Assembly (NCBI GenBank): GCA_964488965.1
Contig: CAZAXA010000001.1
Span: forward strand, 1 to 62,830
Direction of reading: 5' to 3'
Origin: an uncultured Phaeodactylibacter sp.
Lineage (GTDB): Bacteria; Bacteroidota; Bacteroidia; Chitinophagales; Saprospiraceae
DNA: 62,830 nucleotides
The translations under genes were made by a program, and so were the position numbers. This document shows positions 17,760 through 27,653 of this stretch, piece by piece; position 1 is the stretch's first letter, and the number at the start of each line of letters is the position of its first letter. Under the pieces are notes generated by a model. The model worked only from the letters and a program-made list of their open reading frames with translations, made no database searches and was not told the origin of the DNA.

Positions 17760-19400
17760 TTATCTGTGTCCTTTTCTGGCGGTGCTTTCCTCTTCGGCCG
17801 TCGTATACACTTCGAATGAAGCCCGTTCCGGGCTGAGCGCGGCCGTGTACTGGTTTTCAGCAACGATGAAATACTGGATGGCCTCATTGCTTTCCTTTTT
17901 GGCCGTCGCCCCCCAGATGCCGTCGCCTGCCATCTGGTCGTCGTGGCCACTGTCGTCAAACATTTCGAGTTTTCGCCATGGGCCGAGCCTGCCGTAGCGG
18001 TAGAACAACCAGGCGGCCTCCGCCCCTTCCAGGCTGGCATTGAACACCATAATGTCCTCAAAGTCGAGATGCTTCACCTCACTGATAGCCGGCGGCTCCT
18101 TGCTTATCAGCGGATGCTCCATCAGGTATCTGGTGCGCGGGCCCATCAGTTCGGCAATGCCGATGATGCTAACCTTTTCAGCTTTTGCCGTCTCGTACAG
18201 GTTCTTCTCAAAAGCCTCGTAGTCATAAAGCCTGTTGGTATCGCTCTTTACGTAAGGCGCGATCATGCGGTGGATCTCTTCGGCGCGTTTCAGGTAAGTA
18301 CTGTCGACAAAATAGTCTTCCAGGATGGTGCGGATATGGGCCACGTACATCTTCCGGTAAAGGTTATCCGACAAGAGGTTGGTGATAAGGGGGCGCTTTT
18401 CGTTCTTATCCTTGTAATGGATGAAGGGGCTCAGTTCCTGCATCTCCTCGTCGGTAAGGGGGCTGCCTTTGGAGCCGTCGTAACGGAAACCGCCGAAAGA
18501 CAGGTTCATATCCCAGACGATGGGGTGGAAAACGCCTTCGTTGTCCCGGTAGAGGTAGTAATTGTGGCAAAAGCGGCCCGTATAGCTATCGAGGTTGACC
18601 AGCACGATATTGAAGGCCAGCATCCAGAGGGCCTGGTCGATGTTGAAAATGGAGTCGAGTTTCGCCGGTTGCTGGTTGAGGATTTTGGCCAGTTCGATGA
18701 GCTTTTTCCAGCCGAAATCGGATTTAACCTCGTACAGCCCCCGGTAGCACATGGAATCAGGCCCCAGATATTGGAGGGAGGCTTTATCGCCCTGCGGGCA
18801 ATGCGGCAGTTCCTTATACCCCCAGATGGGGTCGCATTTGAAAAGGATGCCATCATCGCCCTTGAAATAATGCTCCAGAAATTCATCCTCCACCGATTCG
18901 GTGCTGTTGTACAGGCCCAGGTAAGCGCCATTGATAAAAAGCTGAACAAAATTAGCGCGGGGCGCGGGCATATAACGGCGGGCGATCTCGTAGGAAAGCA
19001 CTTCCCGTATGAAGGACGGGTCGCGGAAGACGTTGCTCAGCTTTATTTTATCCACCCCTCCCGGCAGCTTCTGGTCTTTGATGGTAAAGTTGAAATCGAT
19101 ATTGAAGGGCAGTTTGGAATAGCCGGATTTCCGGACGTTGAAATAAGAGCTGTTGCCTTTGTAGCGCACGCCTACCCCTTTGTACTTTTTCCCTTCGAAA
19201 ACAGCGTCGCCTACCAGGCGTTGTTCGTACCCCTGCTGTTTAAAGGAATCCAGCACGTATTCCCAGTTATCCGTTTCAAAAATGAGGCGAAGTTCCTTGA
19301 CCTTCCCTACTTCAAAAAGGCCTTCATTGCCCTTATCCTGGGCAGTGAGGACAGTAGTGGCCAATAAGGCTGCGGCCAGGGATAAATGATACCTTAACAT
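17760..19400 (-). CDS. CotH-family (atypical kinase fold) secreted protein, paralog 2
   Basis: 546 aa with a signal peptide. CotH-type core: FRDPSFIREVLSYEIARRYMPAPRANFVQLFINGAYLGLY...ALWMLAFNIVLVNLDSYTGRFCHNYYLYRD. It is colinear with 19508..21121. Confidence 0.8.
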   Translation of the reverse strand: MLRYHLSLAAALLATTVLTAQDKGNEGLFEVGKVKELRLIFETDNWEYVLDSFKQQGYEQRLVGDAVFEGKKYKGVGVRYKGNSSYFNVRKSGYSKLPFNIDFNFTIKDQKLPGGVDKIKLSNVFRDPSFIREVLSYEIARRYMPAPRANFVQLFINGAYLGLYNSTESVEDEFLEHYFKGDDGILFKCDPIWGYKELPHCPQGDKASLQYLGPDSMCYRGLYEVKSDFGWKKLIELAKILNQQPAKLDSIFNIDQALWMLAFNIVLVNLDSYTGRFCHNYYLYRDNEGVFHPIVWDMNLSFGGFRYDGSKGSPLTDEEMQELSPFIHYKDKNEKRPLITNLLSDNLYRKMYVAHIRTILEDYFVDSTYLKRAEEIHRMIAPYVKSDTNRLYDYEAFEKNLYETAKAEKVSIIGIAELMGPRTRYLMEHPLISKEPPAISEVKHLDFEDIMVFNASLEGAEAAWLFYRYGRLGPWRKLEMFDDSGHDDQMAGDGIWGATAKKESNEAIQYFIVAENQYTAALSPERASFEVYTTAEEESTARKGHR

Positions 19401-19507
19401 AAGCGAGTAGAGTATGTGATGTTCCTTCTACTGAACGAAAAATTGCGAAGCCCCGCGGCTTACTGCCTGCCGGAACTTCGCAATTCATGGGCAATATACA
19501 AGTAAAA

Positions 19508-21121
19508 TCAATTATTCAACTCTTCCAGGCTCGCCGTATGCTGCTCGTACATGTACCGCGGCGGGTCGAAGGCAACCGCTTTGGCATTCTCGGCAAAGAT
19601 GTAGTACTGTAAAGCGGCGCCGCCCGCATCCGGCTTCACAACCGCGCCGTACACGCCGTCTTCCCCTTCTCCATCGTTATGCTGGCCGTCATCCCGCATT
19701 TCCATCGACTTGAAGGGCGCGGCAGGGTCAAAGCGGTAGTACAACACCACGCTCTTGGGAAACTTGTCCACCCGCGCCTGTATCTTAAAGTCCGTAACCC
19801 TTTCCGATGAAAAGCGTTCGCGGCGCGTGACCGACACCTCGCTCACTTCCGGGGGTACGACCGACAGGAGGGCATTCTCCTTCAGGTAGGCGGTGCGGGG
19901 GCCCATCAGTTCCTGCAGGCCCGGTATGCGGCTCCGGTTGCCGATGGTGCTCGTCAGGCTGGCGTCAAAGTCCTCCATGCTGTAGTAACGGTTGGCGTCC
20001 TCTTCAAAGGCCTTTCGGATAAGGGCCTGCAGTTCCCGTGCGCGTTCGGCGTATTGGTCCCTGCGGAAGAAATCGTTCATCATCGTCCGCAGGTGAGCCA
20101 GGTAGGTTTTCTGATACACTTCATTGCTGAGCAGGCGGCTGATGAGCGGCTTGGCAGGGTTGTCGATGTGCAGCAACGGATTCATCTCCTGCAGTTCCTT
20201 GAGCTTCAGGTCAGAACCGATGCCGGTGTTTTTGTAACTGCCAAAGCACAGGTTCAGGTCGTAGAGGATAGGCGTGAACTGCCCCTGCTGGTCCTTGTAC
20301 AGATAATAATTCTCGCTGTAGCGGCCGGTGTAGCTGCTCAGGTTAACCAGGAGATTGTTGAAGGCCAGCATCCAAAGGGCCCGGTCGACATTAAGAACCC
20401 GGCTGGCCTCGTCCGGTTTCGAATTGAGAAGATAGGTCAGCTCGATGAGGTCGTCCCAGCCGGATTCGGACAGCAGCACGAAGTTGCGCAGATAACACTT
20501 GGCGCTGTTGTCGTACTGGAGGGAACCGAATACATCACTTTTACACCCCTGTGGTTCTTCCTCCACCAGATCGGGGGCGCATTGCACGAAGGTGCCTTTG
20601 CTGTTGCCAAAATGATGGGCCAGAAAAGCGTCGTCGATGGGCTCTATGTTAACGAACAGGCCGTAATACTCGCCGTTGACAAATACTTTGGTGTAGTTGG
20701 CCCGGGGCGCCGGCAAATACTGGCGGGCGATCTCATAGCCCAGCACTTCCCGCACCATGCTCGGGTCGCGCAGGGCGCTCGACAAGTTAACTGTCTGCTG
20801 CCCCTGGTAGTTCTGCTCCTTATCGATGAAGTTGAGCTTGATGTAAAGGCTGTTGCGCTTGCTGCCGGGCTGAAAGGAGCGGCTGCCCCGGTAACGGACG
20901 CCGATGTCGTTGAACTTTTGGCCGTTGATCTCGATGGAGCCCAGCAGCAGGCCTTCGCCGTTGAAACGCAGCGAGTCCAGCACATAGCGCCAATTCTCCT
21001 GTTCAAAGCTGATCTTTATCTCCTGGATGGTATTCACATCGTAGAAATCGTCTTGAGCCAGAACAGGGGAAAAAGAACTTAGGAGGATTAGGCTGAGGAA
21101 GGTCAGAATGCTTCTTTTCAT
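19508..21121 (-). CDS. CotH-family (atypical kinase fold) secreted protein, paralog 1
   Basis: 537 aa with a signal peptide (MKRSILTFLSLILLSSFSPVLAQ). Core: LRDPSMVREVLGYEIARQYLPAPRANYTKVFVNGEYYGLF...ALWMLAFNNLLVNLSSYTGRYSENYYLYKD. Confidence 0.8.
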   Translation of the reverse strand: MKRSILTFLSLILLSSFSPVLAQDDFYDVNTIQEIKISFEQENWRYVLDSLRFNGEGLLLGSIEINGQKFNDIGVRYRGSRSFQPGSKRNSLYIKLNFIDKEQNYQGQQTVNLSSALRDPSMVREVLGYEIARQYLPAPRANYTKVFVNGEYYGLFVNIEPIDDAFLAHHFGNSKGTFVQCAPDLVEEEPQGCKSDVFGSLQYDNSAKCYLRNFVLLSESGWDDLIELTYLLNSKPDEASRVLNVDRALWMLAFNNLLVNLSSYTGRYSENYYLYKDQQGQFTPILYDLNLCFGSYKNTGIGSDLKLKELQEMNPLLHIDNPAKPLISRLLSNEVYQKTYLAHLRTMMNDFFRRDQYAERARELQALIRKAFEEDANRYYSMEDFDASLTSTIGNRSRIPGLQELMGPRTAYLKENALLSVVPPEVSEVSVTRRERFSSERVTDFKIQARVDKFPKSVVLYYRFDPAAPFKSMEMRDDGQHNDGEGEDGVYGAVVKPDAGGAALQYYIFAENAKAVAFDPPRYMYEQHTASLEELNN

Positions 21122-21438
21122 ATTTGGATAGATGTGATTTCAGGATTATAATAAATTATAATTTTTGCCTTGCAATATTAAGAAATTTATTCCTAAGAGC
21201 ATGTTTATGCTTTCACTGTTTCCACGGCCCTGATGTTTTACCCGCAATACAGTACGAAAGGGATAACGATTTTTTTCCGGCGGTATTACACCTGTCGTTA
21301 ACATAGCCACTTTTTCACAATATATCAGGGCAGTTCCATTACCATAACGCAAAATCGGGAATGGTTACACTTTTGGAAGGACAATCTTGGGGAGCCCGGC
21401 AATTTTTTTATTCCGGCACAGGCGGCTTTCGGCCGGCC

Positions 21439-21657
21439 CTAAAAAAGCTGCGCCAGGTGCAGGTAAATATTGACCGTCATCAGGGCAATGAGGAGAAGGG
21501 CGGCGATGCGCATCCAGCGGCCGTTGCGGCGGCGGAATTCTTCCGCCCGCTTTTGTACCTGCTCATCCCCGGCGCGCAGGCGGCCGATGGAAAAAAGGTA
21601 GATATAAATGCCCATGGCGAGGAAGAGTAGTTCGAGCAACAGGCCGAGGTATTCCAT
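21439..21657 (-). CDS. Small two-TM membrane protein (hypothetical)
   Basis: 72 aa with an ATG start. Two hydrophobic helices flank a basic loop. It starts just downstream of the asparaginase-like gene stop. Confidence 0.45.
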   Translation of the reverse strand: MEYLGLLLELLFLAMGIYIYLFSIGRLRAGDEQVQKRAEEFRRRNGRWMRIAALLLIALMTVNIYLHLAQLF

Positions 21658-21660
21658 AGG

Positions 21661-22155
21661 TCAGCTGTTTATTTCTTCAAAGAAGCCGGTTTTGGTATTC
21701 TTCTGCACATTGTCCCAATGAAAATATCGGCCGTTCATGGCTACATATACGCCCGGAGGCAGGGTCTGAACAAAGGCCAGGGCGCTGCCCAGGTTGAAAA
21801 AGCCGTCGGAGGAAGTGCCGAATGCATAGGGGATCATTGCGCCGGTCAGGACGATCGTCTTCCCTTCAACGGGATGCCGGGCCAGGTACTGCGCCGTCTC
21901 CACTATCCGGTCGGTACCGTGAGTGATGAGGATTTTATGGTAAACGCAGCGCCGGCAGTTATAGGCGATGATCTCCCGGTCTTCTTCCCGCATCTCCAGG
22001 CTGTCGATCATCATCAGGGTTTTCAGGTCGATATCCAGAGTACACCGCCCCCGCTCGAACATGCTGGGCAAATGTGTATCCCTGAAGTACAACTGCCCGG
22101 AAATGTAGTTGTAATCCTTGTCGAACGTCCCGCCGGTTACGAATACCTGTATCAT
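21661..22155 (-). CDS. Short asparaginase-domain protein (type I asparaginase N-domain-like)
   Basis: I trimmed the start to ATG 22155 (MIQVFVTGGTFDK, matching the asparaginase TGGT nucleophile loop). A second motif is ITHGTDRIVETAQYL (HGTD motif). Confidence 0.7.
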   Translation of the reverse strand: MIQVFVTGGTFDKDYNYISGQLYFRDTHLPSMFERGRCTLDIDLKTLMMIDSLEMREEDREIIAYNCRRCVYHKILITHGTDRIVETAQYLARHPVEGKTIVLTGAMIPYAFGTSSDGFFNLGSALAFVQTLPPGVYVAMNGRYFHWDNVQKNTKTGFFEEINS

Positions 22156-22191
22156 GGATGGAGATTTACTATTGGCTATTCGTTGACTGTC

Positions 22192-22238
22192 GTTCGTTGC
22201 CTGTTGCCGGAATGCATAACGAACAACAAACAACGAAC
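22192..22238. repeat. Imperfect hairpin built from GTTCGTTG / CAACGAAC units, between the M16 gene and the asparaginase-like gene
   Basis: GTTCGTTGCCTGTTG (22192..22206) pairs with CAACAAACAACGAAC (22224..22238) at 13 of 15 positions. More partial pairing extends outward. Confidence 0.35.
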
Positions 22239-22260
22239 AACAACCAACTCTATCCCTCCT

Positions 22261-24351
22261 TTATTTCACCTCAAAGATTTCATCGGCCAGGCCGGTGTTG
22301 ACCTTCACCGATTCCACCTTCAGGGTGATGGGGAACGGCGCCATGCCGGCAGATTTTAGCTCATGGGCAATACGGATGCCCTCAACCTCCCGGTAGTCGC
22401 CATACTCGTTGGACACTGTCATGGCGCCCTGCGGGCCTTCCTGAGTGGATATGGCCTTCACCTTCAGGCCGGTCTGCACATCGTAATACTCCGTAGATTT
22501 TTCGCCGGAAGGTTCGGTAACCAGTATGCGGTATGCTTTTTTACCGTCCAGTTGCTCGATGCCGTCGAGCGCCAGCTCATAGCCCTTATCCTTGTATTTT
22601 CTTTCCCTGAACAGCTCGGCATCCCTCCTCATGCTTTCGGCATCTTCGCCTTCCAGCTTCTGCTCCTGGCCCATAGCGGCGGCCATTCCCTTTTTGCCGT
22701 CGAAACGGGTTTCATTGACAAGCATGCCATTCATCTCCACCTTCATCAGCATCTTTGCCGGCGCCTTGCGCTGCATGGTCATCTGCATGGCCATACCCTG
22801 CACGGAAGTACTCATAGTAAGGGTCAGGTCTTTCACCGTCTCCAGTTTTTCCCTGCCGCCGATGGCAGCCAGGTAGTTCTCTACCACATCCAGGGCCGTG
22901 AGCCCCTCGGGCAGGGCATCTTCCTCTGCAGCTATCGGGTTGCCGGAGGCATCGAAGAAGCGCAGCTCGCCGTTGCCGGCAAAGCTGCCCAGCTTGTCCG
23001 CCACTTCCGCCTTGTTGCCCACCACTACGATGTAGGCCTGTTCAGGCAGGATGTATTTCCCGGCCACTTCCTGCAGGCGCCCGGCAGAAACGGCGCTCAC
23101 ATTTTTGAGGTAATTGGCGTAATAATCCCTGGGCAGCTTGTAACGGGCCGTATTCAATGCCAGGCGGGCCACCGTCTCCGGCTGCTCCATACCCCGGGCG
23201 AAGCTGCCGGTGATGTAGTTTTTGACGCCCTGCAGTTCTTCCTCCGGCGCCCGTTCGTCCCGTATGCGGTTCATCTCATAAAGGAACTCGACGAGGGCGC
23301 TGTCGGTCACCGCATTGCGCACGCTGCCGCCGGCGGAGAAATAACCGACATACTTGTCCGGGGAAAGGGTGGAGTTCACACCGTAGGAATAACCTTTATC
23401 TTCCCGGATGTTGAGGTTCAGGCGGCTGCTGAGGCCGCCGCTGCCCAGCAAGGTGTTCAATACATTGGCGGCGATAGCATCCTCGGAACCGGGCTTGAGG
23501 TTCACCGGGTAGGTGATATCTATGACGGATTGAACCGCTCCGGGTTTATCCACGAAGGCCACCACCGGAGCTTCCGGCGCTTCGGGGCGTTCGTAAAACT
23601 CACTGGCGACCGTTCCCTTCTCCCAGGTGCTGAAGTACTTTTCGGCGATCTTTTTCGCCTCCGCTACTTTGATGTCCCCAATGATGGCCAGATAAGAAAT
23701 ATTGGGCTTGAAGTAATTTTCATAGAAGGCTTTGCACCCTTCTACGGTAACCGACTCAATGCTTTTCTCAGTCACCACTTCGCCATAGGGGTGCGCCCCG
23801 TAACGCAGCATCTGGGCGACATTGTCCGCAACGACGTCGGGGTCGTCTTTCTGGGAAGAGAGTTCGGACAGTTTTTGTCTTTTCAGCTTCTCAAATTCTT
23901 CCTCTGGAAAAGTGGGGTGCAGCAAAACATCGACCATCACTTCCAGAAGCTTGTCCTTGTGTTTCACCAGGCAGGCGCCATAGAGGCCTTCCTCACTGCT
24001 GCGCAGGCTGGCGCCGATAAAGTCTACCGCCGCGTCGATATCCGCTTTGGAACGGGTTTTGGTACCCCGCGCCAGCAGTGTGCCCGCCATCTCCGCCGTC
24101 CCGGCATGCGCTCCCTCTTTTACAGGCGGCACGTCGACCAGCAGGTTGAAAGCAATGCGCGGCAGTTTGTGATTTTCCACCACGATCACCTGAAGGCCGT
24201 TCTCCAGGCTGAACTCCTCATACGCCCCGAAGCGGATTTCCGGGGCAGGGCCCGGCGCCGGCGGCGCTTTGCGAAAATCATCATTCTGAGCAAAAAGCCC
24301 CTGAAAACCGGCAAGGGCGAAAAACAGGATCAATATTTTTATATTTCTCAT
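22261..24351 (-). CDS. M16-family peptidase, non-catalytic subunit type, with an extra C-terminal ~230-aa domain
   Basis: 696 aa with a signal peptide. The M16 fold has no His-x-x-Glu-His motif (GTAEMAGTLL sits at the equivalent position). A C-terminal extension begins about LTALDVVENYLAAIGGREKLE. Confidence 0.8.
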   Translation of the reverse strand: MRNIKILILFFALAGFQGLFAQNDDFRKAPPAPGPAPEIRFGAYEEFSLENGLQVIVVENHKLPRIAFNLLVDVPPVKEGAHAGTAEMAGTLLARGTKTRSKADIDAAVDFIGASLRSSEEGLYGACLVKHKDKLLEVMVDVLLHPTFPEEEFEKLKRQKLSELSSQKDDPDVVADNVAQMLRYGAHPYGEVVTEKSIESVTVEGCKAFYENYFKPNISYLAIIGDIKVAEAKKIAEKYFSTWEKGTVASEFYERPEAPEAPVVAFVDKPGAVQSVIDITYPVNLKPGSEDAIAANVLNTLLGSGGLSSRLNLNIREDKGYSYGVNSTLSPDKYVGYFSAGGSVRNAVTDSALVEFLYEMNRIRDERAPEEELQGVKNYITGSFARGMEQPETVARLALNTARYKLPRDYYANYLKNVSAVSAGRLQEVAGKYILPEQAYIVVVGNKAEVADKLGSFAGNGELRFFDASGNPIAAEEDALPEGLTALDVVENYLAAIGGREKLETVKDLTLTMSTSVQGMAMQMTMQRKAPAKMLMKVEMNGMLVNETRFDGKKGMAAAMGQEQKLEGEDAESMRRDAELFRERKYKDKGYELALDGIEQLDGKKAYRILVTEPSGEKSTEYYDVQTGLKVKAISTQEGPQGAMTVSNEYGDYREVEGIRIAHELKSAGMAPFPITLKVESVKVNTGLADEIFEVK

Positions 24352-24431
24352 CTCGATTTTTATCTACATCATTAACAAATACAAGCCCGCCCTCCTACCT
24401 GGGCCGGGTAAAATGCACGAATACCCCTCCC

Positions 24432-25763
24432 CTATGGCTGATTTGGCCTAGGCAAATAGTGCAACACCACGCTGTTCTCCTCCACCAGGTATTTTTTTGC
24501 AGCATTCTGAATATCCTCGCGGGTGACGGCCAGGTAGCGGTTGATCTCTTCGTTGACAAGCCTGGCGTCGCCGTATAGCACCTCATAGGTGGCCAGGGTA
24601 TTGGCGATGCCGAAGACTGTGGCGTTGCGGCTGACGAGTTCGCTCTCCACCTGATTGCGCAGCTTCTGGAACTCCTCTTCCGTGACGCCCTCCTTCTGCA
24701 CTTTTTCGACCTCCTGGTTGATGGCCTCTTCCACAGCTTTGGCGTCCACGCCGGCATTACATATGGCATAAGACAGCGCCAGGCTGGGGCCTTCCCTGTC
24801 GTCCACGAAGTTGCCGGTCTGAATGGCCAGTTGCTTTTCATCCACCAGGGCTTTCTTCAGGCGGGAGCTTTCCCCTTCCGACAGCAGGCGGGCCAGCATG
24901 TTGACGGCATAAAAGTCCTCCTCGCCGATAGCAGGCGTACGGTAGGCGATAAACACCCCCGGCAGTTGTATGGCGTCGAAGACGGTATCCCGAACCTGCT
25001 TGCCGAGCGGCGGCTCCTGCACTTTCGGCCGGTAGATGGGCTCCGTGCGCCCGGGAATATCCTTGAAATACTTTTCCACCCACTTCTTCGCCTGGCCGGG
25101 TTCGAGGTCCCCGGCAATGACGAGTACGGCATTATTGGGCACGTAGAACTGCCGGTAGAATTTGACGTAATCCTCCTCTGAAGCAGCGTTCAGATGATCC
25201 ATAGAGCCGATGGGCGTCCACTGATAGGGGTATTTCTGGTAGAGCCTTTTTGAAATCTCCTTCTGGAAGGAGCCATAGGGGCGGTTGTCATAACGCATGC
25301 GCATCTCCTCCTTGACCACTTCGCGCTGGGTTTCCACCCCCTTCTGGTCTACTTTGGCGTGCAACATGCGTTCCGACTCCAGCCACAGGCCCAGCTCCAG
25401 CTGGTTGGAAGGCAACACCTCGAAGTAGCAGGTATTGTCGGAAGTGGTGTAGGCATTAAGGGTGCCGCCCGCATCCTGGACGTACTGGAAAAACTCGCCC
25501 CTGCCGATGTTCTCAGAGCCCTCAAACAGCAAGTGCTCAAAGAAATGGGCAAAACCGGTGCGGCTGGGGTCTTCGTTCTTGGAACCCACGTGGTACATCA
25601 CCGCAATGGCCACGATGGGCGTGCTCTGGTCCTGATGGAGAATGACCGTAAGGCCGTTGTCCAGCGTGTACTTCTCAAAATTGATTTTGTTTTCCTGGGC
25701 TCCGGCCCCACTACCGCTCAGCAACGCTATAGCGCTAAGGAAAAAGGTCAAAAAATTCTTCAT
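24432..25763 (-). CDS. M16-family zinc peptidase (pitrilysin/insulinase type), catalytic subunit
   Basis: 443 aa with a signal peptide. Inverted zinc motif HFFEHLLFEGS with a downstream Glu (EVVKEEM). Confidence 0.9.
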   Translation of the reverse strand: MKNFLTFFLSAIALLSGSGAGAQENKINFEKYTLDNGLTVILHQDQSTPIVAIAVMYHVGSKNEDPSRTGFAHFFEHLLFEGSENIGRGEFFQYVQDAGGTLNAYTTSDNTCYFEVLPSNQLELGLWLESERMLHAKVDQKGVETQREVVKEEMRMRYDNRPYGSFQKEISKRLYQKYPYQWTPIGSMDHLNAASEEDYVKFYRQFYVPNNAVLVIAGDLEPGQAKKWVEKYFKDIPGRTEPIYRPKVQEPPLGKQVRDTVFDAIQLPGVFIAYRTPAIGEEDFYAVNMLARLLSEGESSRLKKALVDEKQLAIQTGNFVDDREGPSLALSYAICNAGVDAKAVEEAINQEVEKVQKEGVTEEEFQKLRNQVESELVSRNATVFGIANTLATYEVLYGDARLVNEEINRYLAVTREDIQNAAKKYLVEENSVVLHYLPRPNQP

Positions 25764-25915
25764 TGGTAATTATTTTGGTACAGGATAGATCTTTCGCGCT
25801 GCGAAAATGAAAAAATATTTCCCGATATAAAACCGGAATATACGGAAATGTACAAATTGCCAGACAAAATAAGGCAGGAAAGGGAAGTATGGGGGCGCCA
25901 GGATTGATAAGTTCA

Positions 25916-26110
25916 GACAGGATTGACAGGTTTTGGCCTGGCAATACTTTGTTCCTTTAACAGGAGCGCGGCCTCCAGGCCCGCGAATTAGATAAAAAAT
26001 CTATTTTGGAACGGAATATAACCTTAAAAAAGGGGGGCGGCTTAACTATAAAAACCCGGTTTAAGAGAACCCGGAAACACTACTCCCCGCAGCCTCCTGT
26101 CAATCCTGTC
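25916..26110. repeat. MITE/REP-like element bounded by a perfect 15-bp inverted repeat
   Basis: GACAGGATTGACAGG (25916..25930) and its exact reverse complement CCTGTCAATCCTGTC (26096..26110). The same terminal motif recurs at 41397..41472. Confidence 0.5.
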
Positions 26111-26150
26111 CAAACATGAAAGCCAGGCCCCGAGCCACGAATCCCGCCCC

Positions 26151-26627
26151 CTACACCACCTTATCCGCACAGGAGGAACTGGCAAAAGCATCGGGCTTGG
26201 CCTTAAAGACGAAGCCCATGCCCAGGATGTAGCCCATAGCTTCCTTGAGCGCGGTATTGGACTGGAAGTGCGGGTCCGTATTGATATCTGCGTGGACTTC
26301 CAGGGCCACGTCGTGCCGGTCGAGCAGGTCGCAGAGAGCATAGGCCACCTCTACAGATTTGGCCACTTCGGTGATCATGCGTTCGCGCAGCCCCAGCTTG
26401 CCCGGTTCTCTGGAGTTTGCAATAAACATGAAGCCGCCTTTTTTCTCCCTCAGGAAAACGATCACGGTAGCAAATTCGATGATGCCGTTACGCACCTGGG
26501 AGTCGGAACCGATACAGACTTTAAGGCGGTGGCCGTTGTTCTTCTCCCTGAGAATAGCCTCCTCCACAGCGTCTTTGATCGGAAGTTCAATTCTTTGGCC
26601 GTTGAGCCTTCGCCAATTCATCGCCAT
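26151..26627 (-). CDS. YkuK/DUF458-like protein (RNase H-like fold family)
   Basis: 158 aa. The pattern KVCIGSDSQ...FATVIVFLREKKGGFMF...EVHADIN is as I recall for the DUF458 family. The assignment is from memory only. Confidence 0.55.
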   Translation of the reverse strand: MAMNWRRLNGQRIELPIKDAVEEAILREKNNGHRLKVCIGSDSQVRNGIIEFATVIVFLREKKGGFMFIANSREPGKLGLRERMITEVAKSVEVAYALCDLLDRHDVALEVHADINTDPHFQSNTALKEAMGYILGMGFVFKAKPDAFASSSCADKVV

Positions 26628-26801
26628 CGTAGTTTTTGCTAAAACTAAAAAAAACTCAACCCGATTTTTTAACGGATTGATAAATTTAACTCAAAATTTA
26701 ATTTCAATTAATATTTTGCTAAACACCCATACTATGGCGGAAGGTTCCCCCGGCGGGATTTTTTTGCTCCCGCTTTACTTTGCTTACTTTTGCTTCAAAA
26801 A

Positions 26802-27626
26802 ATGCCCTCCTTTGCCGACAAATTACAGGAACTCCGCCCCGGGCAGGCCGCTGTGGCCGCCGTGCCCTTCGATGCCTATTCCTCCTTTATGCTGGGAACC
26901 GCCAAGGCGCCGCGGAAAATCTGGGAGGCCTTTCATTCCGATTCCGCCAATACCTTTACTGAAGGAGGAACGGACATTAAGGGCCATCCCCTCGTAGTGG
27001 ATGTGGGGCCCCTGCCCTTTAAATACTACCTGGACATCACGGCGGGCATCGCGCAACTGCTGGACAAAGAAGCGCGGGTGCTCAGCCTGGGCGGCGACCA
27101 TTCCATCACCTACCCCATCATGAAGGCTTTCGCCCAAAAGCATGGCCCGCCCGCCATCCTGCAATTCGACGCCCACAGCGACCTCTACGATTCCTTCGGG
27201 GGCAACCGTTATTCTCACGCCTGCCCCTTCGCCCGCATCATGGAGGAAGGGCTGGCCTGCCGCCTCGTGCAGGTGGGCGTCCGCACCCTGACCACCCATC
27301 AGCGGGAGCAGGCGCAGCGCTTCGGCGTGGAGGTCCACGAAATGAAGGGCGGTATTCCGGAAAAACTTCAACTGGAAGGGCCCCTCTACCTCAGCCTCGA
27401 CATGGATGTGCTGGACCCGGCCTTCGCCCCCGGCATTTCCCATTATGAGCCCGGAGGAATGTCCGTCCGTGAGGTGCTCCGCCTCATCCACGCCATCGAC
27501 GCCCCCATCATCGGGGCGGACATCGTGGAGTTCAACCCCCGCCGCGACCTCAACGGCATGACCGCTATGGTGGCCGCCAAGTTCTTCCGGGAGATTCTGG
27601 GGAAGATGGTTGATTGGGTTGATTAA
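26802..27626 (+). CDS. Arginase-family ureohydrolase (agmatinase-like)
   Basis: The listed start 26790 is TTG, so I used ATG 26802. Manganese-ligand motifs are present: LGGDHSITYP, QFDAHSDLYD, LSLDMDVLDPAFAPG. Confidence 0.85.
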   Translation: MPSFADKLQELRPGQAAVAAVPFDAYSSFMLGTAKAPRKIWEAFHSDSANTFTEGGTDIKGHPLVVDVGPLPFKYYLDITAGIAQLLDKEARVLSLGGDHSITYPIMKAFAQKHGPPAILQFDAHSDLYDSFGGNRYSHACPFARIMEEGLACRLVQVGVRTLTTHQREQAQRFGVEVHEMKGGIPEKLQLEGPLYLSLDMDVLDPAFAPGISHYEPGGMSVREVLRLIHAIDAPIIGADIVEFNPRRDLNGMTAMVAAKFFREILGKMVDWVD

Positions 27627-27653
27627 GTCTGCAGAATGTAAAATTCAGTCGAT

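Noticed and set aside
22363-24375. 670-aa + strand ORF opposite the M16 non-catalytic subunit gene
   Set aside because: It has no recognisable domains. It is antisense to a gene with clear M16 homology and a signal peptide. It is a shadow ORF.
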